This document shows positions 39,723 to 50,179 of a DNA stretch of 64,000 bases, piece by piece (within the stretch, counting starts at the first letter, position 1; every line of letters starts with the position of its first letter). The notes beneath the pieces are model-generated. The model was not told where the DNA came from. It searched no databases and saw only the letters and a list, made by a program, of their open reading frames with translations. The stretch covers positions 3,565,590-3,629,589 of the forward strand of contig CAUVXB020000002.1 of assembly GCA_963555825.3 (NCBI GenBank). Direction: 5' to 3'. The stretch is from Alphaproteobacteria bacterium. Lineage in GTDB: Bacteria > Pseudomonadota > Alphaproteobacteria > JAAXGF01. A program made the position numbers and the translations under genes.

Positions 39723-40915
39723 GCCGCGTCCTCCGACAGCAGGCACATGTCGCTGGCGGCCGAGGTCCTGCCGACGGTGGCCTTCGGCGGATACGGGTAG
39801 ACGTCGAGGTCGAGCTTCGGCGGGCGCTTCTCGACCCGGCACGGCACCAGATGCTTGACCGCGTCGAAGCCGATGGCGCCCAGGCGCGGGGCGTCCTTCA
39901 CGGCGCCATGGAGATCCTCCAGCCCGAAGCTCTCCAGCCGCCGCGGGACCTGCACATACTCCCGCCGCCCCGCCTTGGGCGAGCGTGCCTCCATGAGGCG
40001 GCGCAGGGTCTGGAACGCGGGCGGCAGGTCCCATCCGGCAAGCGGCGCCGCCTGATCCAGCGCGCCGATCTTCTGCTCGATCAGGGGCAGATAGTGGATC
40101 GGCTCGAAGATCGTGTCCTCACGCTCATAGGACCGGGGATGGCGGGCGATGACCTCTCCGCCGCAGCCGATCACCACCCGGTCGACGTAACCGCGCACCC
40201 AGACGTCGCGATGGCCATGGGCCACCGGCACCGAGTAGTCGTTGGTCTCGTAACGGACCAGAGACCGCGAGCTGACCTGCCCGGGAGCCTGGGCGCAGGC
40301 CTCGAAGGGCGCCGCCGGCGGCGCGGCCATGGCCGCCAGGTCCCGCACCAGGCGCTCTCCGATGGTCTCTCGGTGCCCGCGCGGGATATCGCCCTGGCGG
40401 CGGCGACACTGCTCCTCGAGCCGCCGATTGAACGCGTCCCAACTGGCAAAGCGCGGCAGCGGCACCATGAAGCTGCGCCGGGCAAAGCCCACCAGACCCT
40501 CCACCGCGCCCTTGTCGTTCCCCTTGCCCGGGCGCCCGTAACGATCGCACACGAGGTGATGCGACGGGAACCCGCCGAAGAGCCGCGCCCGCCCGCGCGT
40601 CCCGTCCGCCAGAATGCGCGACACCAGGCAGCGGTCGTTGTCGTGGAGCACCGATTGCGGAACCCCGCCGAAGAAGGCGAAGGCATGCACATGCCCGTCG
40701 ATCCACGCCTCGGCCGTCGCCGCGGGGTAGGCCCGCACATAGCAGGCGTCGCCGTGCGGCGGATCGAAGACGAAGAAGTGCGCCTTGCGCGCCACACCCC
40801 CGATCACCGCCCGCGCCGCGCCGAAGTCCGCCTGCCCATGGCCCGGTGGATGGATCGGCGGCACGAACATCTCCCGCCGCCGGCGGTGATGTTCGCGCGC
40901 ATAGTCCTTCACGAT
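39719..40915 (-). pseudogene. istA: IS21 transposase, N-terminally truncated
   Basis: Homology begins at IVKDY, directly at the IS1182 end. Confidence 0.85.
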
Positions 40916-42297
40916 CCAGACCGTGTGAAAACTCGGGCGGGGGCGGGGATGGAGGTTTAGGTCAGCATGATTTGCGGCGATCCCACGTAATCTGGCGGTT
41001 TGGCGCCGGTAGCCCCGCGGAGGGGCTCCAAGCCTCCGTGGATCGATGTGCGGTGCTCGATTTTGGCCTGATTCCCGTCTCATGCCCTCGCGGCGGCGAT
41101 CAAGGCGGGAACACCTACCAGCGAGATCGCGCGGCGGATGTTGTAAGCCAGCGTCGTGATGCTGAACTCGCCGCGCACGTTTTCCAGCCGCCGGGTCAGG
41201 AAGGCACCCTGGCCCATCCATTGTTTGATTGAGCCGAAGGGATGCTCGACGCTTTCACGGCGCGCATCGAGCAGCTCCGGGCGGGCCGCCAATCGTTCTG
41301 CCATGCGCTCCAGGATCGCTTCGTCGACATAGCGCAGGACTCGACGGAAGGCGCTTTTCGTACACTTCGACTTGAGTTGGCACTCCTTGCACGCGGCGCG
41401 ATTGGCGTAACTGGCGAAGAAGAGATCGCGGCGCTTGCGCTCGCTGTGTAGCGCCAGGCGTTGGCCGTTGGGGCAGATGTAAATGTCCTCGCCGCCGTCA
41501 TAGCGGAAGCGTTCCTTGGGAAAGAGCCCCTGGCTCACCGTTGATCCGCGCTGTGGCTTGGGCACATGCGGCATGACGCCGGCATTCTCGCAGGCCTCGA
41601 TATCCTCGATCTTGAAGTAGCCCGCGTCGGCGACCGCGTCGATCCGATCGACGGCCAGGTTCCGCCGGGCCGCCACCGCCGTCTCGGCCAATAGACTGAG
41701 ATCGCTGACTTTGTTATGGACCTGCTGCTCGGCGATCAGTTTGTGCTTGGCGTCCACCGCGATCTGGATGTTGTAGCCGACACCGACCCGGGTCGCGGCG
41801 TGCATCGCCCGGCTGTCCGGATCCGTCAACGAGAGCTGGTCCTCGCCACTCGCAGCCAGCGCGTCGCGATGTTCCTCAAACCGCTCACGCCGCCCTTGGA
41901 TCGCAGCGATCTTCTCCTGGATATTCTCCATCTCGCCGCCGCCGGTGCCGTCATCGTCCTGCCCGTCGGCCTCGTCGAGCCGGTCGAGATAACGCGACAA
42001 CCTCTCGTCGCTCTCGGCCAACGCCTTCTCCAGCTTGGCCTTCGTGAAGTTCCGCTCCCGGCTGTTCACTGCCTTGATCCGAGTACCGTCGACTGCCACC
42101 AGCGCGCGCCCGAACAGCTCCAGTTCGCGGCATAGCCTCACGAACTCCCGAAACACCTGGCGGAACGCCGCCCGATTGATCCGCCGGAAATCGGCGATCG
42201 TCTTGAAGTCCGGCGACAAACGCCGCAACAGCCAGATCACTTCGAGATTACGCTTGCTCTCGGCCTCCAGCCGGCGGCTCGAACGTACCCGATTGAG
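40916..42297 (-). pseudogene. IS1182-family element, 5'-truncated (transposase fragment 41080-42297)
   Basis: RSSRRLE, PDFKTIADFR, VDGTRIKA, SLTDPDSR, GYNIQ, ADAGY, VEHPFG; end GTTTTCACACGGTCTGG. Confidence 0.88.
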
Positions 42298-43938
42298 CCC
42301 CCATTTCCCAAGTGAACTCGATATTCGATGCCCTGAGATGGAGATTCTGCTATAAGAATCAATATGTTGAGGCGTTGATGGAGTGGTTTGCATGGCACAC
42401 CCGATGGGTGAATCGAAACGGGACGGCCTTCGGGTCGATTTCGACCGCCGCCTGAAGCTCGAATTTCACGGCTCCCAGATCACTTCCGACGGCGGGTTGC
42501 TGGTCTATCGGGAGCTTGATGATGCCCTTGGCCTGACCGAGGTTGCCGGGGATATTTTTCAGGACAGCCGTACCGGCAAGAACGGATGGCACGGCATGAC
42601 GGGGCAGTTCCGTCAGTCGGTGTTTGGTCGCCTTGGTGGTTATGAGGACGTAAACGACGCCGACCGTCTCGGACGTGATCCCGCCATGCGGTGGATTGTT
42701 GGTGGCAAGGCCGTGGACAGACAGGCCGCGTCCACCAGCCAGATGGGGCGGTTCGAGACGGAGCTTCTGGCGACCGATGCGAACATCGAAGTCCTGGCTG
42801 GGATGAACGGGGCGTGGATCGACAAGGTTCATGACCGCCGCCCACCGAAGATGATCATCCTCGACATGGACTCAAGCGTCAGCCCGACCCATGGCGAACA
42901 AGAGGGAGCGGCGTACAATGGTCACTTCGGCTGCACCTGCTACCATCCACTATTCCTGTTCAACCAGTTCGGCGATCTGGAGCGGTGTTCCCTTCGCCCC
43001 GGCAATGTCCACAGTGCCGACGGTTGGCGTGAGGTTCTGGAACCGGTCGTTGAGCGTTATCGGGAACGGAACCTGCGCCGCTACTTCCGAGGGGACGCCG
43101 CCTTTGCCGCACCGGACATCTACGAGTTCCTGGAAAGTGAGGGTTTTCTCTACGCGATCCGGTTGCCGAAGAACCAAATTCTTCAGGAAAGCATTGCCCA
43201 CCTGCTGACCCGCCCCGTCGGTCGTCCGCCCAACCATGTGCGGCGCTATTACGCCAGCTTCAGCTACCGGGCTGGAAGTTGGGACAGAAAGCGTCGTGTC
43301 GTGGCCAAGGTTGAATGGCATCCCGGTGAACTGGTTCCCCGTGTCGGCTTCATCCTCACCAACTTGTCCCGTTCCGCCGAGCGGGTGACTTGGTTCTACA
43401 ATCAGCGGGGCAAGGCGGAGCAATACATCAAGGAAGGCAAGAACGCGATCAAATGGACGCGATTGTCGTGCCGCAAGTTCCGCGACAATGCTGTCCGGCT
43501 CCAGCTTCATGCCCTGGCCTACAATCTCGCCAACTTCATGCGAATGCTGGCCTTGCCGAAGGAGATCGAGCACTGGTCGCTGACCACGCTACGGGAGAAG
43601 CTGGTCAAGATCGGCGCCAAGGTGGTCAGCCATGGCCGCTACGTCACGTTCCAATTGGCCGAGGTCGCGGTGCCGAGGGAACTGTTCCGGAATATCCTGA
43701 GTCTGATCGATGATCTACGACGAAGACCCGTTCCGGTGTAGGCCGGGAAAATCGATGGCCAGGTGAAAACGACAGGAGGGGTCTGTCTGAATGGCGGAAA
43801 ATCCGGGTAATGGCCTTCCGGACGAGGACCAATCTCCAGAATCAAGCCATCGGATGGCTGCGGAAGGGATGCCGTTCCCTTGGCGGTGAGTCAATGGTAG
43901 GATTTCCATGAATTTCGATGTCATCTGGAGAATGTCGG
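42298..43938 (+). mobile_element. IS1380-family insertion sequence (copy 2)
   Basis: Ends CCCCCATTTCCC / GGAGAATGTCGG. Confidence 0.85.
42392..43741 (+). CDS. IS1380-family transposase
   Basis: Close paralog of 12558-13907. Confidence 0.93.
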   Translation: MAHPMGESKRDGLRVDFDRRLKLEFHGSQITSDGGLLVYRELDDALGLTEVAGDIFQDSRTGKNGWHGMTGQFRQSVFGRLGGYEDVNDADRLGRDPAMRWIVGGKAVDRQAASTSQMGRFETELLATDANIEVLAGMNGAWIDKVHDRRPPKMIILDMDSSVSPTHGEQEGAAYNGHFGCTCYHPLFLFNQFGDLERCSLRPGNVHSADGWREVLEPVVERYRERNLRRYFRGDAAFAAPDIYEFLESEGFLYAIRLPKNQILQESIAHLLTRPVGRPPNHVRRYYASFSYRAGSWDRKRRVVAKVEWHPGELVPRVGFILTNLSRSAERVTWFYNQRGKAEQYIKEGKNAIKWTRLSCRKFRDNAVRLQLHALAYNLANFMRMLALPKEIEHWSLTTLREKLVKIGAKVVSHGRYVTFQLAEVAVPRELFRNILSLIDDLRRRPVPV

Positions 43939-44039
43939 AAAGCAGAAAGTATTGTTTGAAATAACCTGTCAAAGACATGTGTGTCGATTGGGTTGTAACT
44001 GCAGTCAGATGAACTCGAAAAAAGTACGGGGAGAAGCAG

Positions 44040-45194
44040 ATGAACCAGTATCGATATAATTACCTGTGCAGCAGGCTTGCTGCTGTGGCTCTTTTAGGGG
44101 CCGCGATAACCTGGGGCGGGGCCTATGCTCAGGAAACCACCGCTGGGTCGGCGGGTGCGAGAAACGAGATCACATTCACGTCCTGGACTGGGCCCTATAT
44201 GCGCAGTCAAATGCTGGGCTTTGTTCGCCCCTACGAAGAGGCGACCGGAGCGAGGGTCAATGTCGAGCACTATTCCGGTGGCATAGATGAGATTCGCGAT
44301 CAGGTGGAATCCGCAAATGTTACCTGGGACGTGGTCGATCTGACACAGGCGGATTCCCTGCGTGCCTGTAACGAGGGGCTGTTGGAAAACATCGAGGATA
44401 TCGAGCTTCCCGATGGTGCCGACGGCACTGGATTTCGCGACGACTTTGTCGAAGGCTCCCTGAACCCTTGTGGTGTTGGAGTTATCGTCTGGGCGACAAT
44501 ATTCGGCTACAACAGAGATGCCTTCGGCGATAATCCGCCGACTTCTATCGCGGATTTTTTCGATACCAAAACCTACCCCGGTCCCCGTGCCATTCGGGAT
44601 GATCCGACGGTAACAATGGAGTGGGCGCTCATAGCTGATGGTGTGCCGCGGGACGAGGTCTATAGCGTTCTAGAGACGCCGGAAGGTATCAAGCGCGCCT
44701 TGGCGAAAATGGACGCGATCAAGCCAAGCCTCGTGCTTTGGACGAAAGGACGGGAACCCGTGCGCCTTTTGAACAGCAATGACGTCGTCATGTCCGCTGT
44801 CTGGGCGACGACCGGCGCCATAGGTTCGCGTGAAAAAGGGGCGAAGTTTTCGGTCGTGTGGGACGGTCGGGTGATCGAGCTCGATCTTTTCGGGATTCCA
44901 AAAGGCAGCCGCTACAAAGAAGAAGCAATCGAATTCATCCGCTTTGCCAGCAGCTCGGAGTCCCTGGCGAAGATGGTCGGATATCTGCCTAACGGGCCGA
45001 CGCGGCGATCATCGCTTGCACTGATTTCCGATGACGTGCTGGCACAGTTGCCGAACGGACCAGCTTATGACAACAAAGTCTCGATTCTTTCAGACGCACA
45101 GTGGTGGTCTGAAAATCACGCGGTTTTGGAAGAAGCATTCGACGCCTGGATCGCTGAAGCCGCCCAACAGGGCCCTTCCGGCACCGTGCGATAG
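44040..45194 (+). CDS. PotD/PotF-like extracellular solute-binding protein
   Basis: GGGGAG RBS, signal peptide, QVESANVTWDVVD, DFFD...YPGPR, EWALIADGV. Confidence 0.85.
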   Translation: MNQYRYNYLCSRLAAVALLGAAITWGGAYAQETTAGSAGARNEITFTSWTGPYMRSQMLGFVRPYEEATGARVNVEHYSGGIDEIRDQVESANVTWDVVDLTQADSLRACNEGLLENIEDIELPDGADGTGFRDDFVEGSLNPCGVGVIVWATIFGYNRDAFGDNPPTSIADFFDTKTYPGPRAIRDDPTVTMEWALIADGVPRDEVYSVLETPEGIKRALAKMDAIKPSLVLWTKGREPVRLLNSNDVVMSAVWATTGAIGSREKGAKFSVVWDGRVIELDLFGIPKGSRYKEEAIEFIRFASSSESLAKMVGYLPNGPTRRSSLALISDDVLAQLPNGPAYDNKVSILSDAQWWSENHAVLEEAFDAWIAEAAQQGPSGTVR

Positions 45195-45223
45195 AAACGT
45201 TACCAGACATAGGGGAATCGATT

Positions 45224-46825
45224 ATGAGCGTTGAAACTCACGTGCCGCCAGATGATCTGGTGGCAAAATCGGGGCTTTTCAAGGGCATGAACGCCATCAT
45301 GGCCATCTTGTCGATGGTCATGATCATTGGGTTTGTAGGCTTTACGGTCCAAGATGTTGAGTTCTCAGCTGAAGTATTTAGCAAAGGCAAGGACTTCATC
45401 ATAAATACCCTTGACTGGTTTTATGTTTTCGTTGTGACCATGGTCTTGTTTTTCGTCTTTTGGCTGCTTTGCAGCCGCTTTGGCAACGTAAAGCTGGGGC
45501 AAGACGACGATGAGCCGGACTTCTCGACCTTCTCGTGGATTTGCATGTTGTTCTCTGCCGGTCTGGGGTCCGGTTTGATTTACTGGGGCGTCGCCGAGCC
45601 GATGTATCACATCCAGGGCACCCCATTTTTGACGCGCGAAGGGATCGAGCCGGGCACCGTGGAAGCCGCTGCCTCGGCGATCCTTGTCACCAATTTTCAT
45701 TGGGGGCTACACGGTTGGGCGCTCTACGTCTTGGTGGGACTGAGCCTTGCCTACTTCGCTTACCGCAAGGGCCTGCCCCTGTCGTTGAGGTCGGCCATGT
45801 ACCCGATCCTAAAGGACAAGATCTATGGCCCCTGGGGACACCTGGTCGATCTCGTAGGTGTGTTCGGAACGATCTTTGGCCTGGCGACATCGCTCGGTCT
45901 GGGTGTCCCGCCGATCGCCGCGGGGATGGAAAGGCTGGGCTGGATGGACAGCTCTCAGACCAACCAATTGATCCTAATCGCCATCATAACAGCGATGGGC
46001 ACGGCATCTGCCGCTTCCGGTGTGGGAAAGGGTGTCCGTATTCTCAGCGAGGTGAATGTTTGGGCCAGCGTTGGCTTGCTCTTGCTGTTCTTTATCCTCG
46101 GGCCGACGGCCTTTATGCTGGGGATGGTGATCTCGGGCTTCGGCGATTACATCTGGAATTTCATTCCCATGGGCTTCTGGATCGATCCCGACCCCGAACG
46201 GCAGTGGCAGAGCTGGTGGACGATCTTCTATTGGGGTTGGTGGATCGCTTGGTGCCCCTTTGTTGGCCTGTTTATCGCGCGCATATCCAAGGGTCGCACA
46301 ATCCGGCAATTCTGCCTGTGCGTGCTCTTGCTGCCGACGACGGTTGTCGTCTTGTGGATGGGCGCATTCGGCTCCGCCGCGACGGGCGTCGATCTGTTTG
46401 GCAGTGGCGGAATCGTCGATGCCGTAAACAACGACTACGCAACCGGCGTATTCGAAACCATCGCCGGCTTCGGGTACGATTCGCTGACCACACCAATAAC
46501 GATTTTGGTCACCATTCTACTGGTGTCCTGGTTCGTGACATCGTCGGACTCCGGTACCCTTGTCATGTGCACCATGTTGTCCATGGGCGATGAACACCCG
46601 CCGGTCAAGTTCCGGATTTTCTGGGGCGTGACGTCGGGTGTGGTGGCCGCAGTACTCATGCTCGCAGGCGGTCTCGGAGCCCTTCAAACAGCATCAATCG
46701 TCGCCGGCCTGCCGATTGCGATTATGCTGCTCTTCATGGCCTTTGGCATGGTGAAGACATTGCATGAAGACTTCCCCTTGCCGGACGTGGCGGACAAGAT
46801 GGAGTTGCAGTACCTGAACCGCTAA
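45224..46825 (+). CDS. BCCT-family (betaine/carnitine/choline) transporter
   Basis: MLFSAGLG.GL..WGVAEP, FHWGLHGW, WTIFYWGWW..W.PFVGLFIARIS.GRTIR, TSSDSG. Confidence 0.93.
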   Translation: MSVETHVPPDDLVAKSGLFKGMNAIMAILSMVMIIGFVGFTVQDVEFSAEVFSKGKDFIINTLDWFYVFVVTMVLFFVFWLLCSRFGNVKLGQDDDEPDFSTFSWICMLFSAGLGSGLIYWGVAEPMYHIQGTPFLTREGIEPGTVEAAASAILVTNFHWGLHGWALYVLVGLSLAYFAYRKGLPLSLRSAMYPILKDKIYGPWGHLVDLVGVFGTIFGLATSLGLGVPPIAAGMERLGWMDSSQTNQLILIAIITAMGTASAASGVGKGVRILSEVNVWASVGLLLLFFILGPTAFMLGMVISGFGDYIWNFIPMGFWIDPDPERQWQSWWTIFYWGWWIAWCPFVGLFIARISKGRTIRQFCLCVLLLPTTVVVLWMGAFGSAATGVDLFGSGGIVDAVNNDYATGVFETIAGFGYDSLTTPITILVTILLVSWFVTSSDSGTLVMCTMLSMGDEHPPVKFRIFWGVTSGVVAAVLMLAGGLGALQTASIVAGLPIAIMLLFMAFGMVKTLHEDFPLPDVADKMELQYLNR

Positions 46826-46851
46826 CGGGTTCGGCTTTCCAGTTAAGAGTA

Positions 46852-46897
46852 AACACCCTATTTCTGGCCAGAATTCTCTGGCCCGAAATAGGGTGTT
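46852..46897. terminator. Long hairpin after the BCCT gene
   Basis: AACACCCTATTTC-GGCCAGA / TCTGGCC-GAAATAGGGTGTT. Confidence 0.5.
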
Positions 46898-46899
46898 GG

Positions 46900-47084
46900 C
46901 ACGTCTGGACCCACTCGGGAGGCACATTTGTCGGCCTAAAGTCAGCGCCACGGTGACGAGCAGCGCCACTGCGAACAGCGAAACGACGACCGAACTTCGA
47001 AATCGCCGACAGTGCGCGCTTGCCATATTCGGGGTAGAGCGCTTCTTCGGTGACGTCGATGCGCGCGATCCAATGGCCCTTCAT
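46900..47084 (-). pseudogene. DUF1330-like protein remnant
   Basis: MKGHWIARIDV...Y.EY...KFG.RF.VR matches the family N-terminus, then degenerates; IS21 lies 8 bp upstream. Confidence 0.55.
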
Positions 47085-47092
47085 GCCCCGTC

Positions 47093-48794
47093 TGAGAACG
47101 GCAGAGCAATAATCCCCCACTGAAGCGGCCGGTCGATCCGGCTGCGGCGGACCAAAATGGGACCGCGTATAGCCTTCTGTCAGGGTTGCTCTGACTGGAA
47201 GGCGGGGGGGATGTATCGGGTGGAGTTGTACGCACGGGTTCGGCGGGCGTGTCATGTCGAGGGGATGAGCACCCGCGAGGCCTCGCGGGTGTTTGGTGTA
47301 GACCGCAAGACGGTCCGTAAGATGCTGTCGTTCTCGGTGCCGCCAGGGTATCGCCGAAGCGCGCCGCCGAGGCGGCCAAAGCTGGGTCCGTTCACGGGAA
47401 TCATCGATCGGATCTTGGAAGACGATCGGACCAGCCACCGCAAGCAACGGCACACTGCGAAGCGCATCTTCGACCGCCTCCGGGACGAGTACGGTTTCAC
47501 GGGCGGCTACACCATCGTGAAGGACTACGTTCGTGAGCAGGGGCTTCGGTCGCGTGAGGTGTTCGTGCCACTCTCCCATTCCCCCGGTCACGCCCAGGCG
47601 GACTTCGGCGAAGCGATGGCGGTGATCGGCGGCGCGTTACGGAAGATCCACTTCCTTGCCTTCGACCTTCCCCACAGTGATGGTTGCTTTGTTGCGGCCT
47701 ATCCGGCGGAGACGACCGAAGCATTCTGCGATGGCCACAACGCGGCGTTTGCCTTCTTCGGCGGCGTCCCCCGATCCATCCTGTACGACAACACCAAGCT
47801 GGCGGTTGCCCGGATCCTGGGCGATGGGAAGCGGCAGCGAACGCGCGTCTTCACGGAGCTTCAGTCCCACTATCTGTTCGAGGACAGGTTCGGCCGGCCG
47901 GGCAAGGGCAACGACAAGGGCAAGGTCGAGGGACTGGTCGGCTTCATCCGGCGGAACTTCCTGGTCCCCGTCCCGCGTGCCGAGAGCTTCGCGGCCCTCA
48001 ACGATGCTCTCGCCGAACAGTGCCGCCGGCGCCAGGCGGCGCGGCTGCGGGGCCACAAGGAGACCATCGGCGAGCGTCTCGAGCGGGATCGTCAAGTTCT
48101 CTTGCCATTGCCGCCTGCTCCCTATGATGCCTGCGATAAGCGCCCTGGACGGGCGAGTTCGCTGTCGCTGGTGCGTTACCGCAGCAACGACTATTCCGTG
48201 CCCGTGGCCTACGGCCACCGTGAGGTGCTCATCCGGGGCTACGTCGATGAGGTGGTGATCAGCTGCGGGGCCGAGGTGATCGCCCGGCACCGCCGGTCCT
48301 ACGACAGCGAGGACCTGATCTTCGACCCGCTGCATTACCTGCCCTTGATCGAGCAGAAGATCGGCGCCCTCGACCAGGCCGCGCCATTGGCGGGCTGGGA
48401 CCTGCCCGAGGCCTTCATCACTCTGCGGCGGCTCCTCGAAGCTCGTATGGGCAAGGCAGGCAAGCGCGAGTACGTCCAGGTGCTCCGTCTACTGGAGACC
48501 TTCCGGCTCGAGGAGGTCGAGGGTGCGGTCGGCGACGCCCTGCGGCTCGGCGCAATCGGCTTTGATGCGGTGAAGCACCTGGTACTGTGCCGCATCGAGC
48601 GGCGGCCGCCCAGGCTCAACCTCGACGTCTATCCGTATCTGCCGCGCGCCCGGGTCGCGATGACGTCCGCCAAGTCGTACATGAGCCTGCTGTCGGGGCT
48701 CGGCGCATGACCGACACACCGCAAGTGCTGCTCGCCCACCACCTCAAGACGCTGAAGCTGCCGACCTTCCTGCGCGAGTACGACAAGATCGCCC
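47093..48794 (+). mobile_element. IS21-family element, truncated in istB by IS3
   Basis: Left end same as 18871; istB starts at 48707 and breaks at 48794. Confidence 0.9.
47211..48710 (+). CDS. istA: IS21 transposase
   Basis: Near-identical to 18988-20487. Confidence 0.92.
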   Translation: MYRVELYARVRRACHVEGMSTREASRVFGVDRKTVRKMLSFSVPPGYRRSAPPRRPKLGPFTGIIDRILEDDRTSHRKQRHTAKRIFDRLRDEYGFTGGYTIVKDYVREQGLRSREVFVPLSHSPGHAQADFGEAMAVIGGALRKIHFLAFDLPHSDGCFVAAYPAETTEAFCDGHNAAFAFFGGVPRSILYDNTKLAVARILGDGKRQRTRVFTELQSHYLFEDRFGRPGKGNDKGKVEGLVGFIRRNFLVPVPRAESFAALNDALAEQCRRRQAARLRGHKETIGERLERDRQVLLPLPPAPYDACDKRPGRASSLSLVRYRSNDYSVPVAYGHREVLIRGYVDEVVISCGAEVIARHRRSYDSEDLIFDPLHYLPLIEQKIGALDQAAPLAGWDLPEAFITLRRLLEARMGKAGKREYVQVLRLLETFRLEEVEGAVGDALRLGAIGFDAVKHLVLCRIERRPPRLNLDVYPYLPRARVAMTSAKSYMSLLSGLGA

Positions 48795-48860
48795 TGAGTC
48801 GGACCCGATTTCCTTGGACACAGAATTGGCTTAATCGAAGTGTCCAAGGAGGACCGGAAC

Positions 48861-49271
48861 ATGACCGACAATTTTGAGAACAAAGTTGCTGTTGATGGGC
48901 CTGTGGTAAACGAGGGCGAGCTTGGCTCGTCCACGTTTTCCCCGGGCCAGGTTTCGCCGGCAGGCCCGCTGGGACTTGGCCAGCGGTGGACGGTGACGCG
49001 CAAGCGTGAGGTTGCCCTGCGGCTTTTGCGTGGCGAGCCGGTGGAACTTTTGTCGCGGCAGTTGGGCGTGGAGATTTTCCGGCTCGAGCAGTGGCGTGAG
49101 AAGGCGATCGCCGGGATCGATGCCTCGCTCAAGGAACGCAAGGGCGATCCGGTGAAGGCGGAACTGGACATCGCCATGAAGCGGATCGGGGAGTTGATCA
49201 TGCAGGTGGAACTGCTGGAGGCCAAGACGGAGACGTCCGGCCCTTTGGGGCGGCGGAGGTCGCGGCGATGA
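48861..49271 (+). CDS. IS3-family OrfA (HTH)
   Basis: AAGGAGG RBS; RKREVALRLLRGE..LSRQLGV..L.QWR. Confidence 0.8.
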   Translation: MTDNFENKVAVDGPVVNEGELGSSTFSPGQVSPAGPLGLGQRWTVTRKREVALRLLRGEPVELLSRQLGVEIFRLEQWREKAIAGIDASLKERKGDPVKAELDIAMKRIGELIMQVELLEAKTETSGPLGRRRSRR

Positions 49272-50179
49272 GTGCCGCCACCTCTCCCGGCACGGGTTTG
49301 GCCTACGGCCTCCAGCGGGTCTGTGCGGCCTGGGGTTTTGCCCGTTCCTCGTTCTACGCCATGAAATCCCGGCAGCAGGCCACCGCTGAGCGCCCACCAG
49401 CAAAGCGCCGGGGACCGAAGCCCTCGATCTCGGACGAGGCTCTGCTGGTGGCCATCGAGGCCGACCTGGAGGCATCCCCCTGGGAGGGCGAGGGACACCG
49501 CAAGGTCTGGGCTCGGCTTCGGGTCTGTCGTGGCATCCGTGTTTCCCGCAAGCGGGGGCTCCGGGTGATGCGCGAGAACAACCTGCTCTCGCCCCATCGC
49601 TGCCGCCGCCGTGGCGGAAATCCCCATGTCGGTGAGATCATCACCCATGCCCCCAACCTCATGTGGGGCACGGACGGCGTTCGGGTGTTCACGGTGGACG
49701 ACGGCTGGGGCTGGATATTCACCGCCATCGAGCATTGGAACGCCGAGTGCGTCGGCTGGCATGTGTGCAAGCGAGGCGACCGCTTCGCCGCCCTTCAGCC
49801 GATCTCCATGGGGCTTGCGAGGCTGTATGCCTCGACCTCCGCCGGTGCGGCGCGGGGGCTGGCCTTGCGGATGGATCACGGCTCCCAGTATCTGTCGGAC
49901 CACTTCACCAACCAGATCAAGTTCTGGGGCATCCAGCCGTCCTACGCCTTCGTCGAACAGCCCCAGACCAACGGCGTCGCCGAGAGGTTCAATCGCACGC
50001 TCAAGGAACAGATCATCCATGGCCGCATCTACCGCAACATCGCGGAGCTGCGGAACGCCGTCCGCGGGTTCGTCGAACAGTACAATGCCCAGTGGATCGT
50101 GGAGAAGAACGGCTACCTGAGCCCCGCTCAAGCTCGTCAGGCGTGGCACACCGCGATGTCACTCAGGCCCGCCGCATGA
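49268..50179 (+). CDS. IS3-family OrfB (integrase core)
   Basis: WGTD, RMDHGSQY, NGVAERFNRTLKE. Confidence 0.88.
   Translation: MSAATSPGTGLAYGLQRVCAAWGFARSSFYAMKSRQQATAERPPAKRRGPKPSISDEALLVAIEADLEASPWEGEGHRKVWARLRVCRGIRVSRKRGLRVMRENNLLSPHRCRRRGGNPHVGEIITHAPNLMWGTDGVRVFTVDDGWGWIFTAIEHWNAECVGWHVCKRGDRFAALQPISMGLARLYASTSAGAARGLALRMDHGSQYLSDHFTNQIKFWGIQPSYAFVEQPQTNGVAERFNRTLKEQIIHGRIYRNIAELRNAVRGFVEQYNAQWIVEKNGYLSPAQARQAWHTAMSLRPAA

Larger units (their letters stand above)
38690..40915 (-). mobile_element. Degenerate IS21-family element, 5' end lost at IS1182
   Basis: End TGTCAACGCCGGTTG at 38690; istA/istB homology. Confidence 0.88.

Noticed and set aside
41080-42393. Full-length 437-aa IS1182 transposase
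   Set aside because: Its N-terminal ~32 codons come from the IS1380 left end; the true 5' part is missing.
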